From the human T2T-CHM13v2.0 reference genome, Homo sapiens, in NCBI RefSeq assembly GCF_009914755.1, contig NC_060944.1: 64,000 nt of DNA; one strand, 5' to 3'. The stretch's first letter is position 1. The number at the start of each line of letters is the position of its first letter. The translations under genes and the position numbers were made by a program. A model generated the notes under the pieces. That model was not told the origin of the DNA. It did not search any database and was given only the letters and a program-made list of their open reading frames with translations. This document shows, piece after piece, positions 40,271 to 64,000 of this stretch.

Positions 40271-40619
40271 TGGGGAGGGGGAAGAGCTGAGAAAAGAAGA
40301 GGGGCCAGGGAGACAGTGCAGGAGCTGGCTTTAGAAAACTGAGTACAATCGCCCTCATCCCCTCCTTTCTTCATCTACAAGTATTTATTGAGGGCCTACT
40401 AAGTGCCGGGCACAGTGCCAGGCTCTGGGGAGATGTGGTGAACAGAAAGAGGGAGCTCACTGCTCCGTAGCTCACAGTAGGGTGGGCTGGGAGACTAGAA
40501 AACAAATCAGCAAATAAAAGAATCACAAACTTATAAGGAGCTGAAAATTAGAGTGGTCAGGGAAGGACCTGAAGATAATCCAGTCCAATCCTCCATCCTC
40601 AGATAGGAAAACTGAGGGC

Positions 40620-40629
40620 GAGAGAGAGA

Positions 40630-40690
<61 letters not shown>
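40620..40690. repeat. (GA)n microsatellite
   Basis: Direct reading, one interruption. Confidence 0.95.
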
Positions 40691-40695
<5 letters not shown>

Positions 40696-41039
40696 CCCAG
40701 GCTACTCAGAATGTGGAAGAAATACTTGAGAACGGGATAAGGGAGGAAAGGGGGAGGGAAGAAAGAACTGGTGCAGACCAAGATGGGAAGGTGGGAGGTG
40801 TTGAGGGAAGGAGAGTTATGCAGCTAGCACGGCAAGATGGCAGGGTGATTGAGGGCACTGCCCTGAACCAGGGGGTGTGTGTTCAAACCCCGCTCCCCTC
40901 CATCTCTCCATGCCTTAGTTTCTCCATCTATAAAACAGGATTCATGACAATTCTTTCCTTTAGGGTCGATGTGAGGATTAAATGATTCAAGTTGTGTAAA
41001 ATGCTTAAGACACTTTCCGTGTCTAAGAAGATTCAATAA

Positions 41040-41370
<331 letters not shown>

Positions 41371-43621
41371 ACCCTGCTATCATATCTTAAGGCCTTGCAG
41401 AAACCAGGATTTGTTAAAGGTAAGATATTCTGAGACTGTGAAGACCTGCTTATGAGTCTCTGCCTGGCATATGTATTCACATGTTTTTGTCTGTCTGCCC
41501 CACAGGAATGAAAGCTCCTTGAGGGAAGGGCCCTCAGTGCTGCTCTGATCCCAGCACCTACAACAGTGCCTGGCTCATAATAGGTGCTCAGTAAATATTT
41601 GTTGAATGAATTAATTCATTATCCATTAATAGATATCCATTAATTCATTATCCATTACCTGTAAAGTGGCCCTTCCAATCCTGTCCTCTCTGATTCTAGG
41701 TGTCTGTGAATAAGGAATGGAAAGCATGTGAGAAAACCACACTCTTCCTCAGCCTATTATAGTTTAAAAAGTACTTTCTCATCCATAAAAACAAAACCAA
41801 AAAAAAAAATAGCTAACTTTGTTTTAACTGTTTCTCTGTGTTAATGTTGGGCCCCATGCTACATGCTGGGTACACATTTTCTCATGTCCTCACCACCACA
41901 ACCCTCTACTTAATAGGTACTGTTTAATAGATGAGGACACAGAGGCTAAGAAAACCCAAGAATCTCTCCAAGGCTACACAGCAAGAAAGGGCCAGATCAA
42001 TGGTGGAGAGGCAGGCAGGACCTGCCATCTTAGTTGTACAATTAGGGAAACTGAGACTCAGAGAGAGGAGACGAGTTGTCCAACCCCAAAGTTATGTAAT
42101 AAACAGCAAGCAGTTAGATCACTCTTACTATGTACCAGGTGCTTCAGGTGCTGTCCTAAGTGTTTTTCATACATTAATCATTAAATCCTGAAAAACCGAT
42201 CCTATTATCACCACCCCAGTTTTCAGATGGAGAAACTTGTAGCACAGAGAAGTGCAGTACCCCACCAAGATTGCACAGTTAGCAAGTAGCAGAACCAGAA
42301 TTCAAACCAGGGAGATCTAGCTCACAGCATTAAGAGGTGGGGTGTGTTACACCATTTGTTTGTACAGCAAGCCTGGAACAGGCTGGTATAAAAAGGAAGG
42401 TGTCTTTGTCTCCAGCCCTGCTGCCTGAGGTAGGGGCAAGATAGAGAACAAAAGCGCATTGACAGCATCCTCAGCTGCCAGCTGGGACTTTCCACCTTGA
42501 AGGGAGGATACTGTTATGGAAAAAATGATAAAGCTCTGGGAAGATGGATGTCTCCCCAGGGGCCCCCAAGCCTCCTCAGAGTCCCTCCTCTTGCTGTGGG
42601 GGAGGGCCACAAACTGTGCTGGCCTGGTCCAGATGAGACAAAGGCCACCTGGATCCCAAGACACCCAGCCAGGCTGCTCGAATACTGAGGATCACTGGCC
42701 TTGGTGGAAAGTTCCAATTTCTCACCCCAGGCATGAAGCTTCTGCTCAGGGACCCCCGAGAAATCAGGTTCAGGCTGGAGCTCCCTGTCCTTGGAGATGG
42801 GAAATACACATCTCATAGGGCCCGCTCTCTCCTTTCTTCATTCAACAAACATGGACAAGGATGTGGGCTCTGAAGGAAGGTAGAGAATGTAGAGAGGATC
42901 ACAGCTGGTGGGTACAGGAACTTCCAAGTCCCTGCCCTGGCCACGAAGGGAAGGGGAGGGTAAAAGAGGGTTAGAAGTAGTGAAAAATTCACCTACAACT
43001 GCTTTGTAATGATTAAGAATCCCTCCGGTCTGTCATGACCATATGACCTTAGGCAAATCAAAATATACAGAGTGAAGGGGTTAGCATAGAATTCTCTATG
43101 TAATTGTCTCTGTCTCCAGAATATTTAAATATTGTAGTTCAACAGCTTGAAAAAATATACAAGTTCAGTTTCAATTTGAGCACTGTTCCCTTCTGTTCAG
43201 TTCAGGGTTCAGTTAAAAATAATACGAATGATGGGATGGGAGCTCTGGGTGCAGCAATGTGTGTGGTTTTACCCAGTTCCATATGGTTCAAGTTCAAGGC
43301 TAAGGTTTGTGTGTATGTGTGTGTGTGTGTTGTGGCTTATATTCCCATCCATTGTGGATGTGACAATTTATTGGTGGAAAAGCACAGGCTTTGGAACTAG
43401 AAGAAACCTGTGTTTAATCCCACCTCAAGCACTTGATCTCTGTGTGAGCTGGGTTCTCCTTTCCTTCGTTTTGAAATGAGAGGTGATAATTCTTATCCCA
43501 TAGGATTAAATGAAGTTTTTAGTACTTAAGAAAGAACCACTATATGCCATTGGTAATTTACTTCCCCTCTCTAGGCCTCAGTTTTCTCATCTGGAAAGTG
43601 GGGATATTAATAGTACTTCTT

Positions 43622-43922
43622 GGCCAGGCACAGTGGCTCATGACTGTAATCCCAGCACTTTGGGAGGCCGAGGTGGGCGGATCACCTGAGGTCAGGAGTT
43701 CAAGACAAGCTGGCCAACATGTTGAAACTCCATCTCCATTAAAAATACAAAAAAAGTTAGCTGGGCATGGTGGCACGTGCCTGTGTTCCCAGCTGCTCAG
43801 GAGGCTGAGGCAGGGGAATCACTTGAATCCTGGAGGCAGAGGTTGCAGTGAGCCGAGATCATGCCCCTGCACTCCAGCCTGGGCGACAGACCAAGACTCT
43901 GTCTCAAAAACAAAAAAAAAAA
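43622..43922 (+). mobile_element. AluS inside a MIR-like element
   Basis: Alu consensus; aatagta direct repeat; MIR core ctcagttttctcatctg upstream. Confidence 0.85.
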
Positions 43923-44799
43923 TAGTATTTCTCACTAAGGGTCGATGTGAGAATTCAATCAGGTTGGCTATTTGTTAGCATGATGCTTTGCACTCAGTAA
44001 GCACTCAATAAATTGTAATGCATTTCCATGCATTACTTTATACTTTTTCCCACAGATATATTTTGCTAAGGCAAAGTATTGGATGCTTTTAAACATCATA
44101 CTATATGTATCCTTCAGCTTTATTATTTTTCACATTCAACATTATATTTATGAGATTCCTTGTGTTGAAATCTGTAACTATTCTTTTTCATCACTGCACA
44201 GTATTCCACTGTATGAACATATAAGATTTATTTATCTTTTCTTCCTCTTGATGGGCTTTTTTTCTGCTATAAATAATGCACTATGAACATTGCATGTGCC
44301 TCTTTGAGCACAAATATGAGAGTTCCTCTTTCCATCTTTCCACTCTGCCATCTTCTGGGTCTCAGCTTGCCCTGGGATAGCTACCCTTAGGGTCCCAATA
44401 TGGCCACCCCAGTTTCAGGCATGAAACGTGGACATGACAAGGTCCAGGCAAAGCAAAAAGGTTGTCTCTTCCTCAGCATGTCCCTTTCATCAGCAAGGAA
44501 ACTCTTCCAGTTCTCACTGGCCAGAATCTGGTTACATGGCCACCTTCAAACTAATCAGTGGCTTAGGTTAATCAGGGTTTGCATAAAGTACAACATGACC
44601 ACACCAAGAAGAAAAGCTAGAGCTGGGTTAACACCCCAAGTGCTCTAGTCAGGCAGTCAAGGGTGCATGCTCTTAGCTTTTCCAGTCTTACAAAACAGTC
44701 CAGAGTGAGTGTGACCATTCCAAATCCAGTCCACTTCAGGGTCTACCCAACTCTGTGAATGAGGATAGATGCCTTTTCACAGAATTGTCTGGAATGAAA

Positions 44800-47182
<2,383 letters not shown>

Positions 47183-47896
47183 AGGGAAAAGTTCAGAATA
47201 GGTTTTATTTTTATCAAGCAGGAAATTGTTCTACCAGAAATTTCCCTTTGCCTCTTGCTACCCCAAACAAGACGGCTTCTATGAACGAGGGAGAAGTGGG
47301 TGAAGGATGTCAGATAGGCAACTTCGGTATTTGCCAGAGAACTCCTTCCATCCTCTTCCCAGTCCCACTGCGCTCCCTGGAGGTACTCACCATTAACAGT
47401 TTGGGATATATCCTGGATATTTTTCATTCCACTTACATATACATTGTAGAAAATAATTGGCCACTTTTCTTTCTTCCACCCTATCAGAATTGCAATTTTG
47501 CTCTGTTGTTCTCCTCTTATCTATGGAATCAAGAATAAATCCTGATTGCTTTACGCCAGAGATTAAAGGGGGACCTACAGTCCAGCTATGGCCAATGAAG
47601 TGTGATGAAAAGTTAACTGGAGGTTTCTAGGAAAAGCTTCTTTGCTCTTAGAAAAGAGCTTAATAAATAAATAAATAAATAAAAGAGCTGCAGCAGGAAG
47701 AGACCAGTCCCTTTTTGACAGGTCCCTGGAGTGTAGGAATGTAATACCTGGAACTGTAGACACCATCTTGCAATTATGATGGGATCTAGTCAGAGGATGA
47801 CAAGGCAGAAAGATGGGGAGTACCTGAACCCTTGCTGATGAAGTCAAGCCTCTGAACACCAACCTTGGCGCTTCCCCATTTCTAGACTTACTGTTA

Positions 47897-48997
<1,101 letters not shown>

Positions 48998-49299
48998 AGG
49001 AAATGTATTGTATTCTAAATAGTCACATACCAGCTCAAAATCAGGGATTCTGTGTTTATGGAAGGAGGAAATAGATATTGGGGGACAAGTCAGAAAAAAA
49101 AAAAAAAGGAAAGACATTGAGAGATAACCAGCAATCAAGGGTCAACCAGTAATCTCTGCTACAATGCCGTACGTATCGGTTAATATGCTTTTTTCACTCA
49201 ATGTGTACTGGCTTTCTATCCATGCTTTATTCTTATACATTTCCCTTGTTATTTGGGGGGTTATATTGTTCTTATTTTTCTATCTTCTTCAGATAGAAA

Positions 49300-50190
49300 C
49301 CTCAATCATTTATTTGAGGCCTTTCTTCTTTTCCAATTTAGCATTGAAAGCTATAAATTGCCTTCCAACACTGTTCTAGATGCATCCCACAAATTTTGGT
49401 ATGTTGTGCTTTTCATTATCATTCAGTTCAAAATATTTTCTAATCTCCCCTGTGATTTGTTCTGATTCCCATAGGTTATTCCAAAGTATGTTAATTTCAA
49501 AATATTTGGGGGTTTTCCATTTGTTTGTTTATTTCCACTGCAAATTTGAGACTTAATAATTCAACATATGGCCCATCTCGATGCATGTTTCATGTGCACC
49601 TGAAAATACTATGTATTCTGCCATTGTTGGGCATAATGTTCTAAATGCCAGTTAGGTCAAAGAGGTTGATAATGCTGTTCAAGTCTTCTCTATGCTTAGT
49701 GATTCTATGCCTACTTGTTTTATCAATTACTGAGAAAGGAGTGTTGTATGTGACTGTTTCTCCTTCCAGTCTGTCAGTTTTTCCTTTACCTTTTTCTTTT
49801 TCATGGCTGTACTACTTTTCTACAGTATGGATGTACCATAACATATTTTACCCATTGAGGGGCATTTAGGTTAGTGCAAATGTTTTGCCCTTCACAACAG
49901 TGTGACATTCAATATTTTTACATGTATAGAAGAGATTACCAAATTCAAATTTACTAGTCAAAGGGCACATACGTTTTACCTTTTGACACACCCTGCCAAA
50001 TTGCCCTCCAAAGGGGCTGTTTTGTTTATATTCAGATGAATCGTGCCAAATTCCCTACTTTGTGACCCACATTAGATATTACCAGTCTCTTCTCATTTGA
50101 CCTTTTATTGGGGACAAGATGAGAGAAAGTAGGAAGGAAGGTGTCTCATTGCCTATTTTGCTTTTCCCTAATTATAACAAAGTTGAGCTG
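49300..50190 (-). mobile_element. Old L1M fragments
   Basis: gatgcatcccacaaattttggtatgttgtg...cagttcaaaatattttctaat, tatcaattactgagaaaggagtgttg. Confidence 0.6.
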
Positions 50191-52214
50191 TATTCTGCTC
50201 AATGACTGTGCCCTTTAGCTGCCCAAAACCACAGTGAAGCTTTGAAATTACAGCTTTTAAGGGCTGCATTAAATTCTGAGCCTAGACTATTTCATTCTTT
50301 ATTCTCTGCCTGGGGTAGAGGAGGGTGCTTTATTCCAGTTACCAGAGCCTCGGTATCCAGTTACTGATACTCTTGGTATCAGCCTAGAGTCCTGATTCCA
50401 GAACAGGAAATCTGGCATCAGTCAGGTCTGAATTTGAATCCCTCTGGCTCAGCCATTTGCCAGCTCTGTGACCTTGGGCAAGTAACTTGGCCTCTCTGAA
50501 CCTTTGGACAGTCAGTTTTACAAAGGAGGATGACAAGCACTTTGCATAGGTGTTATTTAGATTAGAAACTGGGTGTGTAAAGCACCTCTCACAGCACCTA
50601 GCACCTAGCAGTCATTAATAACAATTAAATTTTTTAATAGCCATTCATTGGGCATTTGACACGTGAAGAGCACTGAGTTAAGCCCTTTTCCCAGGTTATT
50701 TCATTAATCCTCACAACAGTAAGAGATAACACTATTCTACAGATAAAAGATAACTAAGACTCTAAGATGTTAAGTAGCTTGTCCAAAGTCACACAGTTAG
50801 TAAAGATCAGAGCTAAGGATTAAATCAGAAATGTCTGGCTTCTAACTAAGCCTGCTTCCCAGGGTAGCTGGCTTATTCGACAGATCAAGAAAATGAGGCC
50901 CAGGGAGAGGAAATAACACATGGAATGAAGTGGTGAGCGAGCAGCAGCCATTTGAAGAAATATCCCTCTTCCTTCTGGGTCTGGGTGACCAGCTGGAGAA
51001 GAGACTGGAGAGAGTGGAGGAAGGGACAGCCACCCAGCAGAGGAGGCAAGAGCATGGAAAATGTCTCTTTCAGCCAATTTTCCTGAGGAACCCTGGCTGA
51101 GGCTCAGGGCTGGGAATGGAAAGTGTGCAGGGAGGAGGCGCAGCCGCGTCCACCCGGAGAAACTGTCTGCAATGTCCTGCCGGGAGAGGCCAGGGGGAGG
51201 GAACTGCTGGGACCGCAGTGGGTGAAGGAGCCGGAGGGGCAGATCCGGGAGGATGAGGATCTGGCATCTGTCCAGGGCCAGGTCTCCTGGGAGAGGAGGG
51301 GCAGGCATTCCCCGAGCTCCCTGCTTCCTCCTTGGGCTCCCCGGCTCTGCCAACTCCTGCTGTGCCCTGCCCATGAATCTGGGCATCAACCACTCCTGGA
51401 ATGGAGATGCTGGCAAACTCGACTCTCTGGGGATGCGCACAGCTGACTCAGGGAGGGTGCGGTGGCCAGGAAGAAGGATCGATCCTATTCTCAGAGATCT
51501 TCGCCAGGGCTGGTTAAGATCTGAGAGCCATCAGCCACATCAAATGCATCCTGATCTCTATGACATCAGTGCGGTCCCTCTGCCTGGTAAATCTCCTCTT
51601 GCTACTCACAATGCCCATAATTCCACCATTATGGATACAACCAAGGCTCTTGTTCAGTATACAAAGGTATGGTCATACTAATCATTAAAATATTTAAATG
51701 CATTCCTACTAGTTGGTAATAACCCATGCCCTGAGTGTCCTCCAAGTACCAGGTATAACAGACCCTCCAGGCCTTCCTCTGGAAGCCTCCAGGGCCCCTC
51801 CCCTTAACAGCCATTAAAGGGGTAGTACCCTTACCACGGCAGGGCCACCCAGGGCTATGTGGATCATCAGTAAGTGATGGTCACAACCATTATTACTACT
51901 TTTCATATCACTCCTGGAAACAACCCTTTGGATCACAACTTTGTCTCCTGTTTAAAGGCAAATGGTAGAAATTTAGAGGTGAAGAGGCCCTGTGCAATCT
52001 CTTCATCTTTCAGATGAGGAAACTAACGCCCAGGGAGAAGCAGAGACTTGCCCAAGGTCACACTGCCAGGCAGTGTAAAACAAGGTATTAGAATGCAGGT
52101 CCCTGACTCCTGACACTTCCTTTAGGTGTCAGTTTATCTGGACCCCACACACTGAACTTGAGCAGGTAATGGAAGGAAGTGATGGGGAGGGACCTGTCTC
52201 AAGAAAGAAGTGAG

Positions 52215-52304
52215 AACCAATCATTTGGCTCTTTACCTGGTCACCATAGTCATGGCAACAGTCTCCTTGGTCACTATCTCCTTAGAGATAGTTGCCATGG
52301 CAAC
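52215..52304. promoter_or_regulatory. RFX X-box array with adjacent CCAAT box
   Basis: Perfect palindrome GTTGCCATGGCAAC at 52291-52304, four related 14-mers upstream at 15-bp spacing, AACCAATCA at 52215-52223. Confidence 0.6.
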
Positions 52305-54041
52305 CACTACCCCGGGGCACCAACTTTCTGACACCCAAGAGCCTTAAGATAAACCAGAAGCAAGTCTGTTCCATAGCACTAACCCATATCAGAGCTCCGA
52401 GTAGGAAAGAGACTTGCCCAACATCACACAGCAAGCTGGCAGTGAAGTCAAGCTTCCTGAGTCCCCCACCCGAGGCTCTCACAGCAGCCCCACCCTCTCT
52501 ACAGCTGACACCGCCCCTCCCCCACCTATCCCCATTTTTCTGCCTGCTTTGGTGCTTCCCACATTCCTCCAGCCCTCAGTCAGGATCTCCTTCCCACGGC
52601 ATCTCACCCTTGGCTGCCTGTCAGCCAGCCCATCCTCCTGGGAACAGGCTGACATGAGTTTTGTGTAGGACTCATCGCAGGGGTTTGCAACATTGGCTGA
52701 GGCTCCCTGAAGACCAAAGAGCCTTCAACATCCTTTGCCCTCCAAAGGAAATAATCTCCAATGGTGGAATTTCAGGCTCTATGCTCAGAACTGAGTAGCT
52801 CTTTTTGGGGGGTCGGGCCCATCCGCTGTGTAAGGCAGAAGTTGCTGCCCCACTCTGAGTCTAGAATCACTCCGAGTCTGATCCCCTGTTTTGTTTTTAT
52901 CAAGTCCCTTTTCCTCTCTGGGACTCAGTATCCCCACCAAAGACAAGGGGATGAGGATACCGTTCTACAGTCACCACCACCACCACCATCAGAAGACTGC
53001 CAGAGACCAGACGCAATCTAGTGTTTCAGTATAACCAAACAAGGAATGGCCATGGTTTAAAGAACTGGCCTACCTTCCCGCTATCTTCTTTTAGAAAAAT
53101 GGAATCTCAGGATTGGAAGGATGTCCCAGGCACAGGGAAGATCTTGAGCAAAAGCAGGGAGGCTGAAAAGAATCTAGGGAACCTGTGACTACCTAGTGTG
53201 TTGACGTGTAAGGATAAAGAGAAAGTAGGGCCTATAATCCCAGCACTTTGGGAGGCCAAGGAAGGAGGATCAATTGAGCTCAAGAGTTCGAGACCAGCCT
53301 GGGCAATACAGTAAGACCCCACATCTAAAAGAATATAAATAAATAAATAAATAAACACAGAGAAAGTAGCCTAGCAGGACAAGCCAGAGGAGATTAAAAG
53401 GGATCAGTCACCAGTCCCAGGGCTAAGGACGTTGTCTCTGACGCCTCCTTTCTGTCCTTCTGTTCCTGCCCTCAAAAGCAATGAGCACCAAGCATTTGCA
53501 AACTCCAAGTCTCAGGGCTTCAGGGACTCACCAAAGATGCTGAGGCACTCCCCTGCCTGGGTCTAACCTGTGCAATTCTGATACTGTGGGATGGAGGGGA
53601 TGGAGCTGCATAGGTTGAAGGGCAAAAGAGAGCAAGGAGCACTGCAGGAAATCATCCACTCATCCATTCATTTGATGAATATTTATTAAATGCAACCCAA
53701 GCTTGTGACCTTGGGCAAGTTATTTAGCCTGTCTGTACCTCGGAGTCCTTGTGTGCATAATGAGGACAGTGGAGATGCCTGCCCCGTACGATGGTGTGAG
53801 GATCAAGTGAGTTTGTAAATGTTTAGTGCAGTGCATGGGAAGCAAATCAGTACCCCATGCATGTGTGTTATAATTATAATGATTACTGAACATTTACTAT
53901 GTGCTGGGCACTCTCTAGACAGTAGAAGTACTGGGTGAAGTTCAGTGTGAACACAACATGCATAATTTCTGCCCTCAAGGAGTTCACAGTCTAATAGGAG
54001 AGACAAACCAAAAAAGACAACTTTATTAAAATAATACAAAG

Positions 54042-54345
54042 AGGCCAGGCGCGGTGGCTCACACCTGTAATCCCAGCACTTTGGGAGGCCGAGGTGAGCG
54101 GATCACCTGAAGTCAGGAGTTCGAGACCAGCCTGGCCAACATGGTGAAACCCCTTCTCTACTAAAAATATAAAAATCAGCTGAGCATGGTGGCACACACC
54201 TGTAATCCCAGCAACTCAGGGCGCTGAGGCAGGAGAATCACTTGAACCTGGGAAGCTGAGGTGGCAGTAAGCCAAGATCATACCACTACACTCCAGCCTG
54301 AGCAACAGAGCAAGACTCCATCTCAAAACAATAATAATAATAAAA
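54042..54345 (+). mobile_element. AluS
   Basis: Alu consensus. Confidence 0.9.
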
Positions 54346-55276
54346 AGAATTACAAATTATTGCATCAGATCTAAATCTTAACCTCCAAACTCAAGTGTGC
54401 AAGAAATATTCATTTTTTTATTTTCTCAAAAAGCAAATTCTACTCCTATCCCCTACTCCCATCCTTCTGGGCTGCATGGAAATTCAGTCTCCATCCTTAC
54501 TGAAGCCACTCCATGACAAGAAACAAGGAGGGAAGACAGGGACTCCGCCTGGCACTGAACCACGTGAAGCCTCTGACCACGGTGCCCAAGCCCTCAATAG
54601 CCCCTGAAATCCAGCAGCCCCTGCAAGCCAAGCCAAGCGAGGGGCCTGGGAGTCTTGCTGGAGGCTGGAATCACCAGGCCTGAATCCAGCCTCCCCAAGC
54701 ACACCACCTGGCCATCCCCACAGTCTAGCCACCTCTTCGGGTAGGAGATCTCCCTGATCCTGGACTCCACCAACCTTCATGGCCTCTGACACCTCCTTTC
54801 TGTTCTTCTGTTTCTGCCCTCAAAAACAATGAGCACCAAGCATTTGCAAACTCCAAGTCTCCAGGGGCCAAGCAGATAGCAACAAAAAAAAGTATGAGAC
54901 TTGGTGACCTGAGAGCACATGCCTTGCCTAAAAAGGTTAGCATAGGCCAGGTGCAATAGCTCACATCTATAATCACAGGGCTTTGGAGCAGGAAGATGGC
55001 TTGAGGCCAGGAGTTCAAGACCAGCCTGGGCAACATAGTTAGACATTATCTCTACCCCAAAAAAAGTTTTTTTTTTTTCCCAATAAAAAAAGGTCAGCAC
55101 AACTTAGCTTACCAAACTTATCAGGTAATGTAGCCTCGTGGTTAGGGGCTGCATTCTAGAGCTATGCTGCCCAGGTTCAAATTCTGGTGCCACTCTTTGC
55201 TGTCTGTGAGTCCTTAGGCAAGTCACCTAACCTCTCTGTACCTGTTTCCTAAACTATGAAAAAGAATAATACTTGT

Positions 55277-55894
<618 letters not shown>

Positions 55895-56080
55895 TCACAT
55901 GAGAAAGCACTTAGGACAGTGCCTGACATTAGTAGTTACTCAGTAAATGTTAGCACCCATCACAGGAAAATACAGGGCCAAGACTTCCAGACCTACTAAA
56001 TGTTCAAAAGAAAGCAACTATCCAAATTTTTATTCTGAAACTGCTCCATTTTTTAACCTTGGTAGCTAAGTAAACCCAGA

Positions 56081-59380
<3,300 letters not shown>

Positions 59381-60251
59381 TGACATTCAACATCTTATGG
59401 CTTGGTCTGAGATTATGGAAATCCTCACTGACCTCAGGTTCAGCCTGTGTAACAGAAGCCTCACCACCCACCCCAGAGGCCTTTGAGAGTAGAACTGGAC
59501 ACCCTTCAAGACTCCCCTGACCAACTTGAGCCAAGGAAGCTCACAGATCTGGGAGCTTCTAGGTTCCTGCAGCAAATCATAACATGTTAACTCAGTTCCT
59601 GAGGGCTGCTGTTTGTAGCAAGCCTGGTTTTCTGTGAAAGAGAATGAAGACAAAGCAGATAAAAACAGAAAGGAGATGCAGAGAGAGGATCCTGGCAGCA
59701 TGGACATCCTGGCTTCCAGGGGTTAGTGAGGCCCAATTCCATCCCTGCCTGTCCTTGCAGGGGTTTGGTTATTCACCTCTTCCTTGGAGTTCAAGAGGCC
59801 AATGCATTCCAGCCTTCGCCTAAAGCGTTTCAAACTGTGCTTCCAGCCCTTGCAAATCACAGAACCCTGAGTCTGTCAGAGGTTCTCTCTCTGACACTTC
59901 CCATTCCCTTTGCAAATCTAGCCTCCATCCCCAACTCAACAAAGAACAAAGGGAACTCTGAAATGACAATTTTCTCTTAAAGTCTTCAATTTTCCCTTTT
60001 GTTTTCTATTTTGAAAGGAGCAGAGTGACAAGTTCATTATACTCATTCCTTCCTCCTAGCCTATCATCACCATTTTCCAAAAGGGCCCGGCTTTATTTTA
60101 CTTCCGTACCTATTTTTTTGTTGTTTTAATCCCAGTTGCCACTCTCATTCCCAACCCTCTATAGGCAACCATTCCAATGTGCTTGACGTACATTCTTTAA
60201 TATGTAAATGACCTTGTTAGATTTGCTATGTAGACTTCTGATATATACCTT

Positions 60252-62597
<2,346 letters not shown>

Positions 62598-62679
62598 TCT
62601 TTAAGTTCATCTGTTTTAAATTGTTGTTATTTGGAGGTTTTCTGTTGCATGCAACCAGCCAAACCTAATCATAACTGAC

Positions 62680-63200
62680 ATGTTGTTCTGGTTATCTATT
62701 GCTGCATAAAGAGGAACTCCCAAAAGAACTATTTTGTCAAACTTACTGATTCTGGGGATCAGGAGTTTTGACAGGACTTTGTGGGCATGGCTTGACTCTG
62801 CTCCATGCTCTCTGGAGCCCCAGCTGGGAAGACTTGATGGTTTAGTGTGACTCAAGCAGCTGGGGACTGGGATCATCTGGAGGACTCTTCACTCACATGT
62901 CTGGCACCTGGACTGAGATAACAAAAAGACTGGACTCAGCTGGCATTGCTGACTGAAGCATCTACACATGGCTTCTCCATGTGACTTGGGCTTCCTTACA
63001 ACATGGCAGTCTCTGGGCAGTCAGACTTGTTAAAAGTGGCTCAGAGGTCCTTGAGCAATTGTTCCACTGAACAAGGTGGAAGCTGTTTGGCTTCTTCCTT
63101 ATTTCCTTTTTCTTTAATTTCCTCTAAAATATTTTATCTTCTTGTTTGGCCTCTTCTGACCTCGCTTCAGAAGTCATGCAGCATCAACCTTGTCTGCAGC
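62680..63200. mobile_element. MLT1-like MaLR LTR
   Basis: gttatctattgctgcataa...ctcactcacatgtctggca...ggcttctccatgtgacttgggcttcct motifs. Confidence 0.6.
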
Positions 63201-63484
63201 TGCCCTGAGCCAGCAGTTCTCTACACACCCAGCATCAGCATCAAGTGAGATGCACCCAGCACGGTTGGAGCAGGCATGGGCAGAGCAATGGTAGCCAGGC
63301 TCCAGCAGGGGCTGCAACTTCTGGCACTGCTCCTACGGATGCAGATTTATACAGCTCAAACAACTGCTCTAACTTTTAAGTAACTTCTTCCAGAATAACG
63401 GCTGCCCCCAAGTCTAGCGAATGCCACCAATAAGGCATTGACAGTGTCCTGCAGTCAACAGCCAGTCTCCCCCCTCACTCCTCA

Positions 63485-63861
<377 letters not shown>

Positions 63862-64000
63862 TCAGGCCAAGACAGGTCTACACTTTCCCATCTTCTAAAT
63901 TCAATTCAAAGGTCATCTAGAAGGCCAGTATGGCAAGGAAAAAACAAGTCTTCATCAAATCTAGTAGATCTAGATAAAATAAGATACAGGCCAGGCGTGG

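Noticed and set aside
50820-51440. 206-aa minus-strand ORF and overlapping 107-142 aa ORFs
   Set aside because: GC-rich frames open on both strands, non-ATG starts for several, tail runs into MIR-like sequence, no recognisable domain

Overview
Primate (most likely human) genomic DNA, Alu-dense, recognisable as the distal end of the chr20q11.21 beta-defensin cluster. It holds the last coding exon of DEFB123 (+, 4167-4312), the full DEFB124 coding sequence (-, 27205-27262 and 19623-19780, 71 aa) with a full-length sense-oriented ~3.1 kb SVA retrotransposon in its coding intron, and the complete REM1 RGK-family small GTPase (+, four coding exons 30695-38657, 298 aa) with a CpG-island promoter head-to-head with DEFB124. 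A further CpG island at ~40 kb probably marks the lncRNA LINC00028. The rest is Alu, old L1, MaLR/ERV LTRs (MST, MLT, MER41) and MER5A. Nearly all supplied ORFs are Alu/SVA artefacts. I see no new protein-coding system. The most unusual items are non-coding: a 15-bp-period array of five RFX X-box-like 14-mers next to a CCAAT box (52215-52304); a 161-bp copy of the DEFB124 splice acceptor pasted into a MER5A upstream of the coding exons; a 19-bp minisatellite repeating branch-point-like CTAAC motifs before DEFB124 exon 2; two further short dispersed duplications; and a 41-codon uORF in the REM1 leader. Repeat boundaries and subfamily names are read by eye and are approximate; gene names come from recalled protein sequences, not a search.
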